Positions 49,545 to 63,210 of a stretch of DNA of 64,000 nucleotides are shown here, piece by piece. Position numbers and translations under genes: made by a program. The stretch's first letter is position 1. Every line of letters begins with the position of its first letter. Origin of the DNA: Sphaerodactylus townsendi (taxonomy: Eukaryota); assembly GCF_021028975.2 (NCBI RefSeq), contig NC_059438.1:24428001-24492000 (forward strand). The letters run 5' to 3'. The notes below the pieces were generated by a model. The model did not search any database. It was not told where the DNA came from and saw only the letters and a program-made list of their open reading frames with translations.

Positions 49545-49765
49545 CAGAGGTGTATCAGGGGGAAATGGCGCCTGGAGACAACTCCTTCTCTGGGCAACCC
49601 GCACCCCCGCCTCCATGCTGGCCAGCTTTTAAAAGCCAACCTGTAAGGGGGGGGGGGTGCGACTTGGTGGCATGCGGCTGAGGTGCACACCATTTGGTCA
49701 TGTGCCGGGGGGGTGCCTGCCCAGGGACACGAGTGTTCCCATGTCCCTAGGGTGGTACGCCCCTG
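49545..49765. mobile_element. Possible GC-rich DNA-transposon MITE
   Basis: Imperfect TIR CAGAGGTGTATCA / TGGTACGCCCCTG; no TSD seen. Confidence 0.4.
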
Positions 49766-50274
49766 GTGCCATTGCTTGCGGGGCAACCCTTGGATTCACG
49801 TGCAAGTCACTGTCCCAAAGGCTGCTCCTAGGGGAGTTAAAGCAGGTCCATAACTCTGGAGGCAGTTAATTTGCAGAGGTTTATTGCACGGGAAACCTCC
49901 TCTGAGCTGGAAAGTTTTCTCCAAGTGAAAAACAAACTCTGGCAACTGAACGTGCTGCGCAGTGAGCTGCGTGACAGTTTATTTGGTCTTGGGAAGGCTC
50001 CTCTTCTGCTTGGAAAATACTGTGTGTGTAGAATTTGGGAATTTTCGTGGAAAAGGGGAGGAGGGGTGCTGGAGAGGCTGCTGCTGGCCACCGGCATGGT
50101 GCCGTGCTCCAACTCGTGAGTGTCTGCAACGAGCAGGCCAAAGGCCACCATTCGTGGTTCAGCCTTGTGGGTTTTTGGAAATCCCTTTGCTACTCTGCTG
50201 CTTCTGCTGAGCTGCAACAGCCCTGCCCCTCTCCGTGTCTCTGACCTCTCCCATACTACCTCCGTGCCCTCACC

Positions 50275-50448
50275 CAAATGGCCCAGGCTAGCCCAACCTC
50301 ATCAGATCCGCGGTCAGCCCTGGTTAGTACTTGCGTGAAGTCCAGGCTGGCTGCACGGGGGCAGGCTGTGGCAAAGCACCTCTGCACCTCCCTTGCCTAG
50401 AAAGCCCTCTGGGGTCTCCATAAGTCGGCTGTGACTTGGCGCCACTTT
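50275..50448 (+). mobile_element. 5S-Sauria-type SINE, degraded
   Basis: ccctggttagtacttg (5S) plus ggggtctccataagtcggctgtgacttg tail. Confidence 0.65.
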
Positions 50449-50483
50449 CCCCTCTGCCCCACGCTGCTTGAGAGCCAGCGTGG

Positions 50484-50874
50484 CAGTGGTGGGATCCAAA
50501 AATTTTAGTAACAGGTTCCCATGGTGGTGGGATTCAAACAGTGGCATAGCGCCAATGGGCGGGGCGGGGCACGATGGGGACGTGGCCGGGCATTCCAGGG
50601 GTGGGGCATTCCTGGGCTGGGCTGTGGCAAGGACGCAACCGCTGCACCGTTCCTTGGGCGGGAAACGAATGCACGCAGGTGCAGGCTGCCACACATGCTA
50701 GTGCACCTCCTGCTAGACTGCTTCAAGTTCTGAGCTCTACTGCTGAGAGGAGGGGCATAACTAAGGCAAAAATCACGTGGCAAAATCACCAATTAGTAAC
50801 CCCCTCTCGGCACACACAAATAATTAGTAACCTACTCTCGGGAACCTGTGAGAACCTGCTGGATCCCACCTCTG
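50484..50874 (-). mobile_element. Non-autonomous hAT element inserted in a SINE head
   Basis: TIR CAGTGGTGGGATCCA / TGGATCCCACCTCTG; TSD CAGCGTGG at 50476 and 50875. Confidence 0.9.
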
Positions 50875-51175
50875 CAGCGTGGTGTAGTGGTTAAGAGCAG
50901 GTGCACTGTTATCTGGAGAACCGGGTTTGATTCCCCACTCTGCGACTTGAGCTGTGGAGGCTTATCTGGGGAACCGGATGAGCTTGTGCACTCCAACACA
51001 TGCCAGCTGGGTGACCTTGGGCTCTTCACAGCTCTTTGGAGCGCTCTCAGCCCCACCCACCTCACAGGGTGTTTGTTGTGGAGGGGGGGCAGGGGGGAGG
51101 ACATTGTGAGCCCCGTTGAGTTTCCTTCAGGAGAGAAAGGGGGACATAAATCCAACTCTCCTCCTCCTCCTCTTC
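50875..51175 (+). mobile_element. Squam3-like SINE (first bases at 50470-50483, split by the hAT insertion)
   Basis: gagagccagcgtgg|tgtagtggttaagagcagg head; (CCT)n tail. Confidence 0.88.
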
Positions 51176-51932
51176 TGCTGCTGCTTTTTCCTCTGGCGTG
51201 GGCCCTGACCTGCCAGAAACCAGTAGCTTCTTTGCTCAGAATTCCCAAGAAAGGGCTTAACCCATCTGCTGATCCTGCAGCTGCAGTGAGGTGAAAATTC
51301 TGGCCCTTTTCTGCTCACCTTGTGCCTGGGGATCTTGGGCATTTCACGTTCACGGTTAGCAGCGCGCCCTCTGGGTTCCGTGTTCGTGCCCACGTTTTGT
51401 AGGCACACAAGGTTGGGCGCCAAAGGAGACGAGAAGCCGTCCCAAATCTCTCAGCAGGTAAATAACCACGAGATTCTTTCCTGTGAAGGATGTGAACCGA
51501 GCGTCTCCCCAGGCCTGCATTTGCCTCCGTCAGGCCCATCTGTCTAAAGCGAGAGCGCGGAAGTCTCTCTTCGGTTTATTTTTATCCCTATCGATTGCGG
51601 GCTTCTGCTGTTAAGTGTGCCATGGAGGAGGAATTTTCTGCAGTGGCAGAGCTGGTGAGATTAAAAATTTAGCATTCTCAGTCCAACTTTATAGGTTATT
51701 CCCCCCTCCCCAGCTGTGGACTCTTCCTCACAGCCCTGTATGATCTGAGAAGTATTAATGAAAGCATCCCTGTTCTAATTATAAGCTTGCTTTGAAGGCA
51801 CACGCGGAAAACAGCCCTTGAGCTCCTCTCAGCCTTCCGCTTCTCTTGGGCTCTGTGCTCTGGGAACGGCTCCGCTCTGGGGCCTTGCTGCAAACCCCAG
51901 TTGCCTTCCATGAGGACATTTGTGTTACCAAA

Positions 51933-52017
51933 GGGGTGGGTGTGGGTGTGGGTGTGGGTGTGGGTGTGGGTGTGGGTGTGTGTGTGTGGGTGTGTGTGTG
52001 TGTGTGGGTGTGTGTGT
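51933..52017. repeat. (GGGTGT)n / (GT)n microsatellite
   Basis: Directly visible. Confidence 0.95.
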
Positions 52018-52433
52018 AAGTGAAGGGGGGGTATGTCCCATGACTTGTTTTAAATTTTGTTTTTATATTCTTACGTTGTTTTAATTGAAAACTTCCTTGA
52101 GCAGCACGGTTGTACCCTGAATAAATGAAATAAATAGCATTCGTCTGGGTTATTGACAACCTTGGTAAACCGTGGTTTAGATCAAGCCTTTTCCTACCCT
52201 GGCCTTAATTTTGAAAGGAGTGAGCAACTGTTTTTGCCAGGTTGATCTTGTTGCTGTTGACTTTAATGCCTATAAATGGTTATTGAACTGCCCGCAGCAC
52301 GGCGTGTGCGTGTCTGGGGGGTGGGGGTGTTTTCTGGTGCAAAACAGCCCTGTACAATTGTGAGAGCATTAAAGGAAATGTGTATAAGCAAGAAGTCATT
52401 ACCTGAGCTTCCTCCTTCTTTCGTTGCAGTGTG

Positions 52434-52436
<3 letters not shown>

Positions 52437-52490
<54 letters not shown>
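52437..52490. repeat. (TG)n microsatellite
   Basis: Directly visible. Confidence 0.97.
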
Positions 52491-52491
<1 letters not shown>

Positions 52492-54590
52492 TTTGCAGTC
52501 TTTTCTCATCGCAATACTCTTTGCCTGCATTCAGCACTGACTAAGTAGATGCAAAGAAAAGAGGGAAATGGCCAGAGAAGGGGATGGATAGTAAGTAGTA
52601 CCACTCCAGGGATTATTGCAAGGGCAGCATTTGGTGACAGGCAGAGCTGGATGTTGCAGGCTCCGTTTTGCTGACTGGCAGATTGTGGTGCTTCAGAGTT
52701 AAGAGCAAGGCACAACTGAGCACAGAAAGCAGAGAGTCCTGAAGGGAATGGGGGGGGGGGTGTGTGCGGTGCATGGTGATCTTGCTTTGTTTTGAACCAG
52801 CGGCAGCATGTTTTGTGGGTTCAAATCAGGAAGGCCGCATTCAGTGCACAAGAGTGGTGTTGCTATGTACTGGCCGCTACTTTATGGGTACAGAAGCAGA
52901 GCCCCCCGCCACCACCTTCTGTAGCCGTGAACTGAAGCCGAGGATGATCGGAGCAGAATCTCAGCTCGGCCGCTCAGTTTGTTTTTGCAAGAAGGCCCTG
53001 AAGCCTGGAACTGTGTGGAATGGATCCTTCTGCAGCGCCCACGCAGCCGTCACAGGCAGCACTCAGAAAGCACTCCCCGGGACACGTGACTTCCAAACAA
53101 GGCCCAAGCCCGTGTGTTGAGCCAGATCGCCTGCCGTTTCTGAGGCAAGACATCGATCAGAGATGCATCTTGGCAGGGTGCTCAGACCACCTTCCCGTGC
53201 CCTTCCACATAGCCGGGTTTAATCTTTGTAGTTGTTGTAGACTTACCAATTAAAAAAAAATACTCTGCAGAAGGCCTGGGAGTGGACAGCAGTGAGCTGG
53301 GAGGATGGACTGAGGTGTCCTTTGAGCAAAGTTGCCGTGGGTTTCTGCAAAACTGCAGGTGATAATCAGCATTCTTTTCACCTTTTGTAAGGAGCTCAAA
53401 TGGAAGTGATCAAGGAAATTCTCCTTGCTTTGTTGCCTTGATTTGTAATGGTAATTTCCACTGGGGGCTGAAATTTTAAGCTAGGGGCTGAAAAGCACCT
53501 CCACGTGTGAAATGGGAAGGCACTTCTAAGGTCCTGCACAAAGGAACTGGGGTTTCTGCCGTCACTCTCTGCCAAGCGACAAAAGGGGTGGAACCCACAA
53601 TTTCCGCCCTCTTGGACTTGGATGAGAGGAGTCTCCTATCCGCGTTTACGTTCCACTTATGTTCCACTTGGGAGTTTATGCTCAAGTAAATGTGCACAGC
53701 ATCTCCATTTTATTCTGTGTCAGTCCATTGGGGTCCGTCCAGGAGCTGGAAGGTTTTGTCCACAGATAGTTCCCTGCCTGGCTGCCAGAGGTCCTTTGAG
53801 CTGAAGATGCTGGCACCTGAATGCAAGGGCCTTTTGAATGCAAGGCAGTCAGGATGTGAAACACGGCATGTGTAAATGGTTAAACAAGGAGAACTATTTA
53901 ACATTTATCTATTGCTGTAAATTATTACATATTTTTCCAAGGCCTGGAAAACTGGCAGAGCATTACCTGTGCATTTCAGGGTTGTCTCTGCCTGCAGAAT
54001 ATGTAAGATTTCCAATGCTAGTCTTACTGGCCGTAATCTGCATGCCTCATTTCTCACAAAACACCTTCTCGATTTTACTTAATCTGATGGCTACCTTATT
54101 AATGTTCAGATAATAAGAATGCGGTAGTTTAAATGGTTAGTTTGTTGAATTAAATTTACATTCTTGTTTTACCACTCAGCTACCCGCCCCTTAACGTTCA
54201 AAAATTATTGGCAAAAGTGTCTTGTACAAACTTTGCTGTCTGCAAAGGTGCCTCAGGACACCTTGTCCTTGAAAACGGTCTTTAGGGACCAATTGTTGGC
54301 AGCAATTTAAGCCTCATGCTGCACAGGACTGGTTCTTTTAACAGCAAATATGGTTTTTGTTTTATGTATAATAATATACAGCATCTATCTGTTGGTGAAT
54401 AAACAACTCCCCCCAGTTGCAAAATGTTATGTATTTCCCCAAATTTCTTCACATTTTAGGAAAGATATTTCCTTCACTAGAACATGCACATGTTGTACAA
54501 CGCTTGAGTTAGTCGTGGATGCGTTTGCTGATAAAAAGTGAGGAATTTGGAATGGCAGATGGCTCAGAGTTACAAAATGACAGTTTAAAG

Positions 54591-54728
54591 CAGGGGTCTT
54601 CAAACTATGGCCCTCCAGATGTTCATGGACTACAATTCCCATCAGCCCCTGCCAGCATGGCCAAGTGGTTGGGCTCATGGGAATTGTAATCTATGAACAT
54701 CTGGAGGGCCATAGTTTGAAGACCCCTG
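54591..54728. mobile_element. Palindromic hAT MITE (TIR CAGGGGTCTTCAAACT)
   Basis: Hairpin; TSD GTTTAAAG at 54583 and 54729. Confidence 0.92.
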
Positions 54729-55819
54729 GTTTAAAGGTAAAAATCATGTCATGTATTAATTAATTTACATAAGATTGAGAACAGCAAACGTTTAAGAGGA
54801 TGAGTGAGATTCTTTTGAGTTGAAAGAGTTATTTTTCTGCTATCGATATAGCATAAAGGCCGTCCTAGTCTAGAAATCATTGTATTGTTGTAAGGATTGG
54901 GATTGAGTTTTGCATCTGACTTGTGGAGAACAAAAGCCAGCTACCAGGGAGTTCATTCACAACCCCTGGCTGTCTGCCACCGATGCCCGCCGTGGGCCGG
55001 GGGCTCTACTGCATGCGAGTGGAAAGGCTTTGCTGGCAAAGGGTTGATAGCTGAGCCATAGAAAGAGGCCGAGGACTGGGGGTGAGCCGGCATCTCACCG
55101 CAGCCTGGTTGTGGAAAGCGGTGATTGGTTTTGTTCGGAGCATTTGTTAGCAGCAGATGAAGAGGGGAAGAGGCTCCGGTTTGCTCGCCCCGTGTGTCTG
55201 CTGTGTGGAGAATGCAAAATGATGGTTGGTAGCCATCTAAATGGTCTTCAGCAGCAGGAATGGGAATCATATTTTCCAGTTCCCTGCCAGCGATTGTTGT
55301 TTCATTCTCTACAAATGCATCTGCTTTGAACGCTGGCCGGATTGTATCGGCTGCAGTGTGATGAGTACTTCTGAGGTGGTGGGGCCGTTGTCATCACTGC
55401 AGTGAGTAATGTGAAGCCCCCAACCCTGCCCAGGATGTGTGTTAAATGCCGTCAAGTTGCTTCCAACTCCTGGCGACTCTATGAATAAATGACTCGAAAC
55501 GCCCTATTCTTCGCAAGCCTTGTGCGGGTCCTGCAGACGGCGGGCCGCGGCTTAGATTATATTTTGGAACTGTGAGTGTTCTGGTGCTTTTGTTCTGTTT
55601 TATTCTAAATTTTGATATTAACCATTTATGATCTATACCGCAGTCAGCCCTTGGAAGCCAGCGTGGCTAAGAGTGGCAGCTCAGATCTGGAAAACTGGGC
55701 TTGAGAACGGGGTTCCACATGAAGCCTGCTGGGTGACTTTGGGCAGTCGTAGCCCCCTCAGAACTCCCTCAGTCCCACTCCCTCACAAGGATTAAGAGTC
55801 TGCCCTCGTAGCCTTACAC

Positions 55820-55965
55820 CAGGGGTGTCCAACTCTGGGGCTTCAGATGTTCATGGACTACAATTCCCATCAGCCCCTCCTGCAATTCCCAATTGGCCAT
55901 GCCAGCAGGGGCTGATGGGAATTGTAGTCCATGAACATCTGAAGCCCCAGAGTTGGACACCCCTG
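55820..55965. mobile_element. Palindromic hAT MITE (TIR CAGGGGTGTCCAACT)
   Basis: Hairpin; TSD CCTTACAC/CCCTACAC. Confidence 0.9.
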
Positions 55966-56017
55966 CCCTACACCATGGTGGCTCTTGGTCCCAGGTTCAG
56001 TCCGTGGCAGAGGAAGC

Positions 56018-56150
56018 CAGGGGTGGCCAACCTATGGCACTACAGATGTTCATGGACTACAATTCCCATCAGCCAAGTGGCCATGCTGGCAGGGGCTGAT
56101 GGGAATTGCAGTCCATGAACATCTGGAGTGCCATAGGTTGGCCACCCCTG
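56018..56150. mobile_element. Palindromic hAT MITE (TIR CAGGGGTGGCCAACCT)
   Basis: Hairpin with the shared core; TSD degenerate. Confidence 0.88.
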
Positions 56151-56864
56151 TAGTAGGCCGTCCTGACCTTAACGGGCCGGTGGTCTGATCCAGCAGAGGG
56201 CAGCTTTGCATGTTCACGTGTTCTCCTCCGGGGCCTCCTTCTCAGGACAGAGGAGGCGAGGGGCGCGTCCTTAGCTGAAAACATTATTTTTCCTGAATCT
56301 TAGATTTCAGAGTTGTGTTCCTCAGTAAATAATTAGCCTTCCCTTTCTCATGTGAAATGCAGGCTCCTAGGCAAGGTTCTGGTTATTAGCAGGCCAAAAA
56401 CATAAGATGCGTGTTGAGTTCAGGACCTCCGAGGCAGCTCATCTGCCCAGTTTCTCCATATCCCTTAGTGAGCGCCTGTGTGGCATTGGAGGCAAGTGCT
56501 TACAGGGGCCCCTGCTCATGTCGAACTCCACCTTCTGGGGCAGGAGAGCAGGTTGCATCCTATGCTTAAGCCACACAGTCTCGTCAGCCATGCAGAATAG
56601 GCCAACCCCAATGCGTCTGCCGTGAAAGTGATGCAGCGTTTGGTGCGGCCGTGTGGCTCTCTTCCCTTGCATGTGAAGCTCCCGGGGCTCTCCCAACATA
56701 TTCTGGCTTTACTGGAGCATGTTTAGGCTTGTCAGGATGAGGTTTCTGCCTGGCATGGAAAAATAGTTCTAAGAAAATCTCTATGAAAAATGGGAATATT
56801 GGCCAATAGAGTCTCAATAGAGGATGTACACAGCAGCCACTCCAACACTTTACATGTACCGAAT

Positions 56865-57297
56865 GAGGCTTGTCCACAAATAAGATTTTTTCTCTCTTTC
56901 TCACAATACTAGAACCAGGGGGCATCCATTGAAAATGCTGGGGGGGAAGAATTAGGACTAATAAAAGGAAACACTTCTTCACGCAACATGTGATTGGTGT
57001 TTGGAATATGCTACCACAGGAGGTGGTGATGGCCACTAACCTGGATAGCTTTAAAAGGGGCTTGGACAGATTTATGGAGGAGAAGTCGATCTATGGCTAC
57101 CAATCTTGATCCTCTTTGATCTGAGATTGCAAATGCCTTAACAGTCCAGGTGCTCAGGAGCAACAGCCGCAGAAGGCCATTGCTTTCACCTCCTGCACGT
57201 GAGCTCCCCAAGGCACCTGGTGGGCCGCTGCGAGTAGCAGAGAGCTGGACTAGATGGACTCTGGTCTGATCCAGCTAGCTTGTTCTTATGTTCTTAA
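56865..57297 (+). mobile_element. CR1 LINE 3' end
   Basis: TRTRGHPLKM..RIRTNKRKHFFTQHVIGVWNMLPQEVV (CR1 ORF2 C-terminus); ends ttcttatgttctta. Confidence 0.9.
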
Positions 57298-57419
57298 GAT
57301 CTCTTAATCTTTTTCTCTTTTTTGGGGCGGGGGGGACAGTTATTTTGAAAAAAAAATCTTTGCTTTATTTATAGTCTGCTTTTCTCAGTCTCAAGACATG
57401 GTGTAAAACAAGGTAATCA

Positions 57420-57502
57420 GGTGGCCAATTGGCCATGCTGGCAGGGGCTGATGGGAATTGTAGTTCATGAACATCTGGAATGCCATAGGTTCGCCACCAC
57501 TG
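57420..57502. mobile_element. Half (right arm) of a hairpin hAT MITE
   Basis: ggccaattggccatgctggcagggg...ggttcgccaccactg. Confidence 0.8.
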
Positions 57503-58399
57503 GCCTAAGCTGTATTAAACAGTGCATTGGGACTAACATAAGAAAAATTAGAAATGGTGGCAGAAAAATCAGACATGATACATCAAAAAACAATGCAGTG
57601 AGAGCATTATACAGCATACAACAAATATGTAATATGTGGCCTACACAGCAGCAAAGGCTACAGCCCTGTTCCCTTTCTGAATAATTCTATTCCATTAATG
57701 TCATGTTGCCTTTATTAAAAATGCCCTCCTGAACAGGTCTGTTCATACATAGTTTGCAGAATGACTGAACTATGGAATCCTTCTTCACTTCATTTTAGAT
57801 TTCTATCTCTCCCTGCGCAGGCAAAGCCGGTCTTAGTGTGGTGAACAATAATATCATACCGTGTAATAAAATAATACAATGAAATCCAATCCGACAATCC
57901 AACCTACCCTAATTCAGTTTTAAACAGTAGTAACATATAGCACCTGTTATTAAAACAGTCAACAAATTTGCATCATAGGACTTCCCAGCAGTTAAGGAAA
58001 AAAGGAGATGTCCTCCATGGGGTCTTCTAAAATAGTGTCCCCTCCCCAAACTCCCCCCCCCCATCCCCTTAATTATAAGAATTTTTTTCTAATACAACAG
58101 AGAGGATGAGGGGAAAGCAAGGGAGGAAAGGGCAGGGCAGGGCATGCTATTCCACAAAGTGGGGGGCTACAGCAGGGAATTCTTGCCTGCCTGCTAGGAT
58201 GGCACTGTCAGAAAGCTTTGGTCAGCAGAGTGATGTTGTCATGGCGGAGCAGAGGAGGGGAGGCGGTCCTAAATATATGTTAGAGATTGTAAAGGGCTCT
58301 GTATTCCATAACCAGTATTTTAATTGAACCCACTAGCTGATAAGTAACCAGTGGAGTGGCTACAGAAAGGATGCCTACTCAGTTGGGCTAACGGGGGGC

Positions 58400-58900
58400 A
58401 TCATTCTGCATTAACTGAAACTTCCTGCTTGACCTCAAGGGCAGACCCAGGAAGAATACATTGCAGTAGTCTATGCTTGAGGTCACCATGGCATGGATCC
58501 AAATGGCAAGATGAGCCACGAAGGTGGGGGCCATCTTCTGGGCTAACTGGAGATGGAAGAAACTTTTTTTTTTTGCAGTTGCATTGCCTTGACTTTTCCA
58601 ACAATATTTACGGGGGCAGCAGAACCCCCCCCCCCCCCCCCGTTCTTAGCTGAGTCAGCAAAGGACAGTCGACCCCTTTGAACGTGGGAAGGGCAGCCTC
58701 CTTCGGTACCCAGCACGACCACTGTCTTGTCAGGATTCAGCTTCTCCACGTTCGCTCTTTGCCGCTTGACCACATGTATGGGTTGACTTGGGCCGTTCTT
58801 ATTTGGAGAGGCCACAATGAGAGCGCCGATGTCCGTGATTGCCCACCTCTGCTGAGAAATAGCTCTCTGACTTTGCAGCTGTCCTCGCATCAAAATAACA
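58400..58900 (-). mobile_element. Old L2 LINE RT remnant
   Basis: Minus-strand LAIWIHAMVTSSIDYCN and KLNPDKT motifs typical of L2 ORF2. Confidence 0.65.
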
Positions 58901-60437
58901 CGTTTTCTCCTTCTGTGGGACTTCTGTTCATTCTCTCAACAGAGTTCTTTCTTTTTTAAAAAAAAACATTTCCTTTGATCCAGTTTGGGGGGCATTTTGC
59001 TGAGGCTGGCAATCCTTATGCTGCTGCAGACTCGAGACCAGAGAGGAGTCTGCAGATCTTGGGCTTCTGCACTCTCCTGTAGCAAGCCAGCGCCCGAACA
59101 AGGGAGGAAACGGAAAATGACCACATTAATTTCCAGGGGGCTTGGTGCAGATAACGATTCTGGTGCGGAGGAAATTAGAAAGCTGCTGAGGAGAAAATAT
59201 GAACTCCAGCTCCTCCCTGAGCTCTGCAGGTTGGGAGCTTGCTCAGGAGAGGAAATGGGGTAGCAAATCACTTTGTGAGGTCTTTCTGTAGCGTCGTGGG
59301 GGAGGGCTAGTCTCAGCCACTAATTCTGTCTCCGAGACATCCGCTGAGGTTGTCCAGCTCCTGGAAGGAGAAATCAAGAGTGCCACCAACCCTTCCCAAG
59401 ACTTCAGAGACAAAAACACAAGCCATCGGAAGAGCCACCTTGCTGGGCGGGGCAGGGGGCGCTTAGGGGGTGTCTTGCAATGTGCATGGTGAAGAGCCGA
59501 CTAAGAGCACCTTTTGCAGTTGCATTGCCCATGCTAAACAGCACGGTGAAAGTGGAGTGTTTGAGAAGGCCCGCCCTTTGCCCCAGAATCCTCAGCCAGG
59601 AGGCCCCTGTTGCCTTTTGCTCTTGAACTGGAATCAAGGCACCTGCTGGTGTTTGGCTCTCCTGTCTTCAGTGCAGCAGCTGCGAGTGCCAAATGGCAAA
59701 TGTGTAACTGTGCAATTTTCTTATCTTGGTCGGCTGGTCTGGCCAGCTCTCAACCGCACCAGTGTTGTTTCTTAACTCCCTGGGATTTGCCACCAGACTG
59801 TTGTAATGGAATAGCCTGGAAGGGACTTTGAGAAGGCGGAATGGGTGGCTGCCCCCCCCCCTTTTGTACACTCTTCCAAGGAGCTTCGGACAGCAGACGT
59901 TCCCCTCCCCTCCTCAGCTTTCTCCTCCGCAACAACTGTGTGAGGTAGGTGAGGGTGAAAAGGAGACCAGGCTAAGTTCATTCTCTGGGTTGCATGGATG
60001 AGTAGGGATTTGAATCCAGGTCCTCCCAGTGTTAGTCCAATATTCTCACCGCTGCCCCACGCTGGTTCCACACAGCAAAGCCCAAATGTGACTGGAGATT
60101 TACACCGTAGCGTCACTGAGCGTGTTTCGTTTAATCTGGACTCGGTTCATCCCTTTAGATTTCAAGTCTGAAACAAAATACTTCTCTTGGAGGTGGTGGG
60201 CATCTTGGTGGATGATTTCCACCCCATATCAGGCCCTCCAGCCTACCAAGAGAAGGCCCTTCATGGTAAGTGAACCAATGGACCATTTTCTCTCAAAAAC
60301 GTGTGTCACCAGACAGTTAACCCAAACCAGAAGGGATGGGATGGGCTGTCTGTCTTTGTGCGCTTCTTCATGGTGTGAGGAGCCCCTGTCCACTGGCAGA
60401 TGTCCTATCCAGAAACTCTCCTGGCAAGGTCTTAGAC

Positions 60438-60583
60438 CAGTGGTGGCGAACCTTTGGCACTCCAGATGTTATGGACTACAATTCCCATCAGCCTCTGCCA
60501 GCATGGCCAATTGGCCATGCTGGCAGGGTCTGATGGGAATTGTAGTCCATAACATCTGGAGTGCCAAAGGTTCGCCACCACGG
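60438..60583. mobile_element. Palindromic hAT MITE (TIR CAGTGGTGGCGAACCT), 180 bp upstream of an ANKRD11 exon
   Basis: Near-perfect hairpin; TSD TCTTAGAC at 60430 and 60584. Confidence 0.92.
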
Positions 60584-60693
60584 TCTTAGACTGAGGACTC
60601 CTGTGTTCAAAGGCTGGCTCAGGAGCAAAGCTTCCCAGCCCTGTTTTCTGCTCTCTGGAAGATTAATCCTCTGCAAAGGATGCTTTAACCTGA

Positions 60694-60993
<300 letters not shown>

Positions 60994-61308
60994 TGAGGGG
61001 TTTTGTGGGTGCTCCTTGGGGGTCTCAGAAACATCCAGTGAGGTATTGAGTTGTCATGGCTGAAGGCTGAGCGGGAAGCTGAGTTGGTGGGGTCTCCCTG
61101 GACTGGCGAACTTGCAGCTCCTGTGAAGGGAGGCTTTGCTCCCTCCCCTGGGTCTGGGGCGCTTCCCTCCTCCAGAGAAGCCACAAGGGCTGCTTGCCCC
61201 AGTCGATGCTTAATCGCGGCCCTCCATTACCGTCTCCATTGTGTGTGTAGAGGCATTCCTGTGCCCCTCCCCCACGCAGCCACGGCCTCCACCTGATGGC
61301 AGGATTGA

Positions 61309-61617
<309 letters not shown>

Positions 61618-62529
61618 TGATTGGACTGTGGGGGAGCAAGAGTGGAGGGTTCAGCTTGAACAGCAAACGTGGCAAACGTGATGGGCCAGTTGAGTTTCCC
61701 GACTGGGCAGGAAACAATGATGCTCCTAATCCTTGTCTTTCTATCAGACCCCAAAATGTTCTCCATATAGAATTAGCTGCGTCGGCTGCATGGGGCAGAG
61801 CATTTCATTGGTCATCTTAGTTTTGTCTTCAGAAGGAGCAGCGGAGTGAAGAGGCTGAGCTCTGTTGTGGATAGGCCTCAGTTTGGAGCACTGGCGTAGC
61901 AAGCCAAAGGTGCCCAGCTGTATGCCCAAAGTGCCCCTAACAGTGATTCTCAGCCCAAACGTATTCCTGGCTCATGTGATTTCCTTTTGGGAACTGTGGC
62001 TCCCTCAGAAGGTCTGCCCAAAGAACAGCTTGCCTTTCCAACCTGGTAGCAGCCTGTCTCTCTATTTTCTTTCCGGATCTTTGTCCGAGACGAGCGCTTT
62101 CTGTTATTGCGCTGCAACGTTTCCTGCCTGCGGGGCCACCCGACCGTCGGAAACGCAGGCAGTCTGGTCAGGTGGCCTGTTTGTGGGTGTCTCACCCATT
62201 CCCGCTCAGGGCAGGATGGCAATTCTGCCACCTGCAGATACATTTCTATCTTTCAGATATGAAGAGAGACAAATATGTACCTCAATTTAGGGGGTGGGTT
62301 CCACCTATTCAGTTAACTGAACATCTATTCTTTACTTATTTGTAGTGGAGAGCTGGAGTGTGTGTGCACGTGCACATATGTATATGTACTGCATAATCAT
62401 ATACAAAATATATGTGGACAAAACACCAGGCACGCACCTGCTGTCTCGTGCAGCACAGGGCAAGAGAGTGGATCTGTAGCCGAGCCTCAGTGTTGGCAAC
62501 TGGCAGCATCCATTGAGGCGCCATTATGA

Positions 62530-62742
<213 letters not shown>

Positions 62743-63210
62743 TGAAAGAGTGGCTCTGGAGTCATCTCAAACAGTCTTCCCCCAGGTTTCAGCCTGTTAG
62801 GCCACCTCCTGCCCCCAGCCACAAAAGGACCCTTTGTAAGCTGCCCTGGATATTTCCCTCTGGCTGTCAGCTAGTGCCTGCTCTGCTTGTCTTTGTCCCT
62901 CATAAGAAGAACCTACTGAGATTAACTTAACCACCCAACAGCTGTGTAAGCCAGTACCTTGTCCTTCTTGACGTGTGCCACGGGGTCCTTTTCTTCAGAT
63001 GTCTGAACTGTAGCTGCCCTGTTTAGTCCTAGAGGCAAGCAGGCTAATGGAGAGTGTTTGTGGAAAGAAAGGGAACTCTCCCTGGATTTGGAGTCATAGC
63101 CATGGTCCATCCAGCCTTGCATGGTCTCAGCAGGGTGGGGGCGGCTCTTCCAGATCTCTGGCAGACTTCTTTCGCTGCCCTGCTGTTTGGCCCTCTTTCT
63201 GTTCCTGGAT

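Noticed and set aside
9898-60583. Recurrent palindromic repeats as a CRISPR-like array or as terminators
   Set aside because: Dispersed rather than arrayed, each has TIRs and an 8-bp TSD, and the context is eukaryotic; they are hAT MITEs
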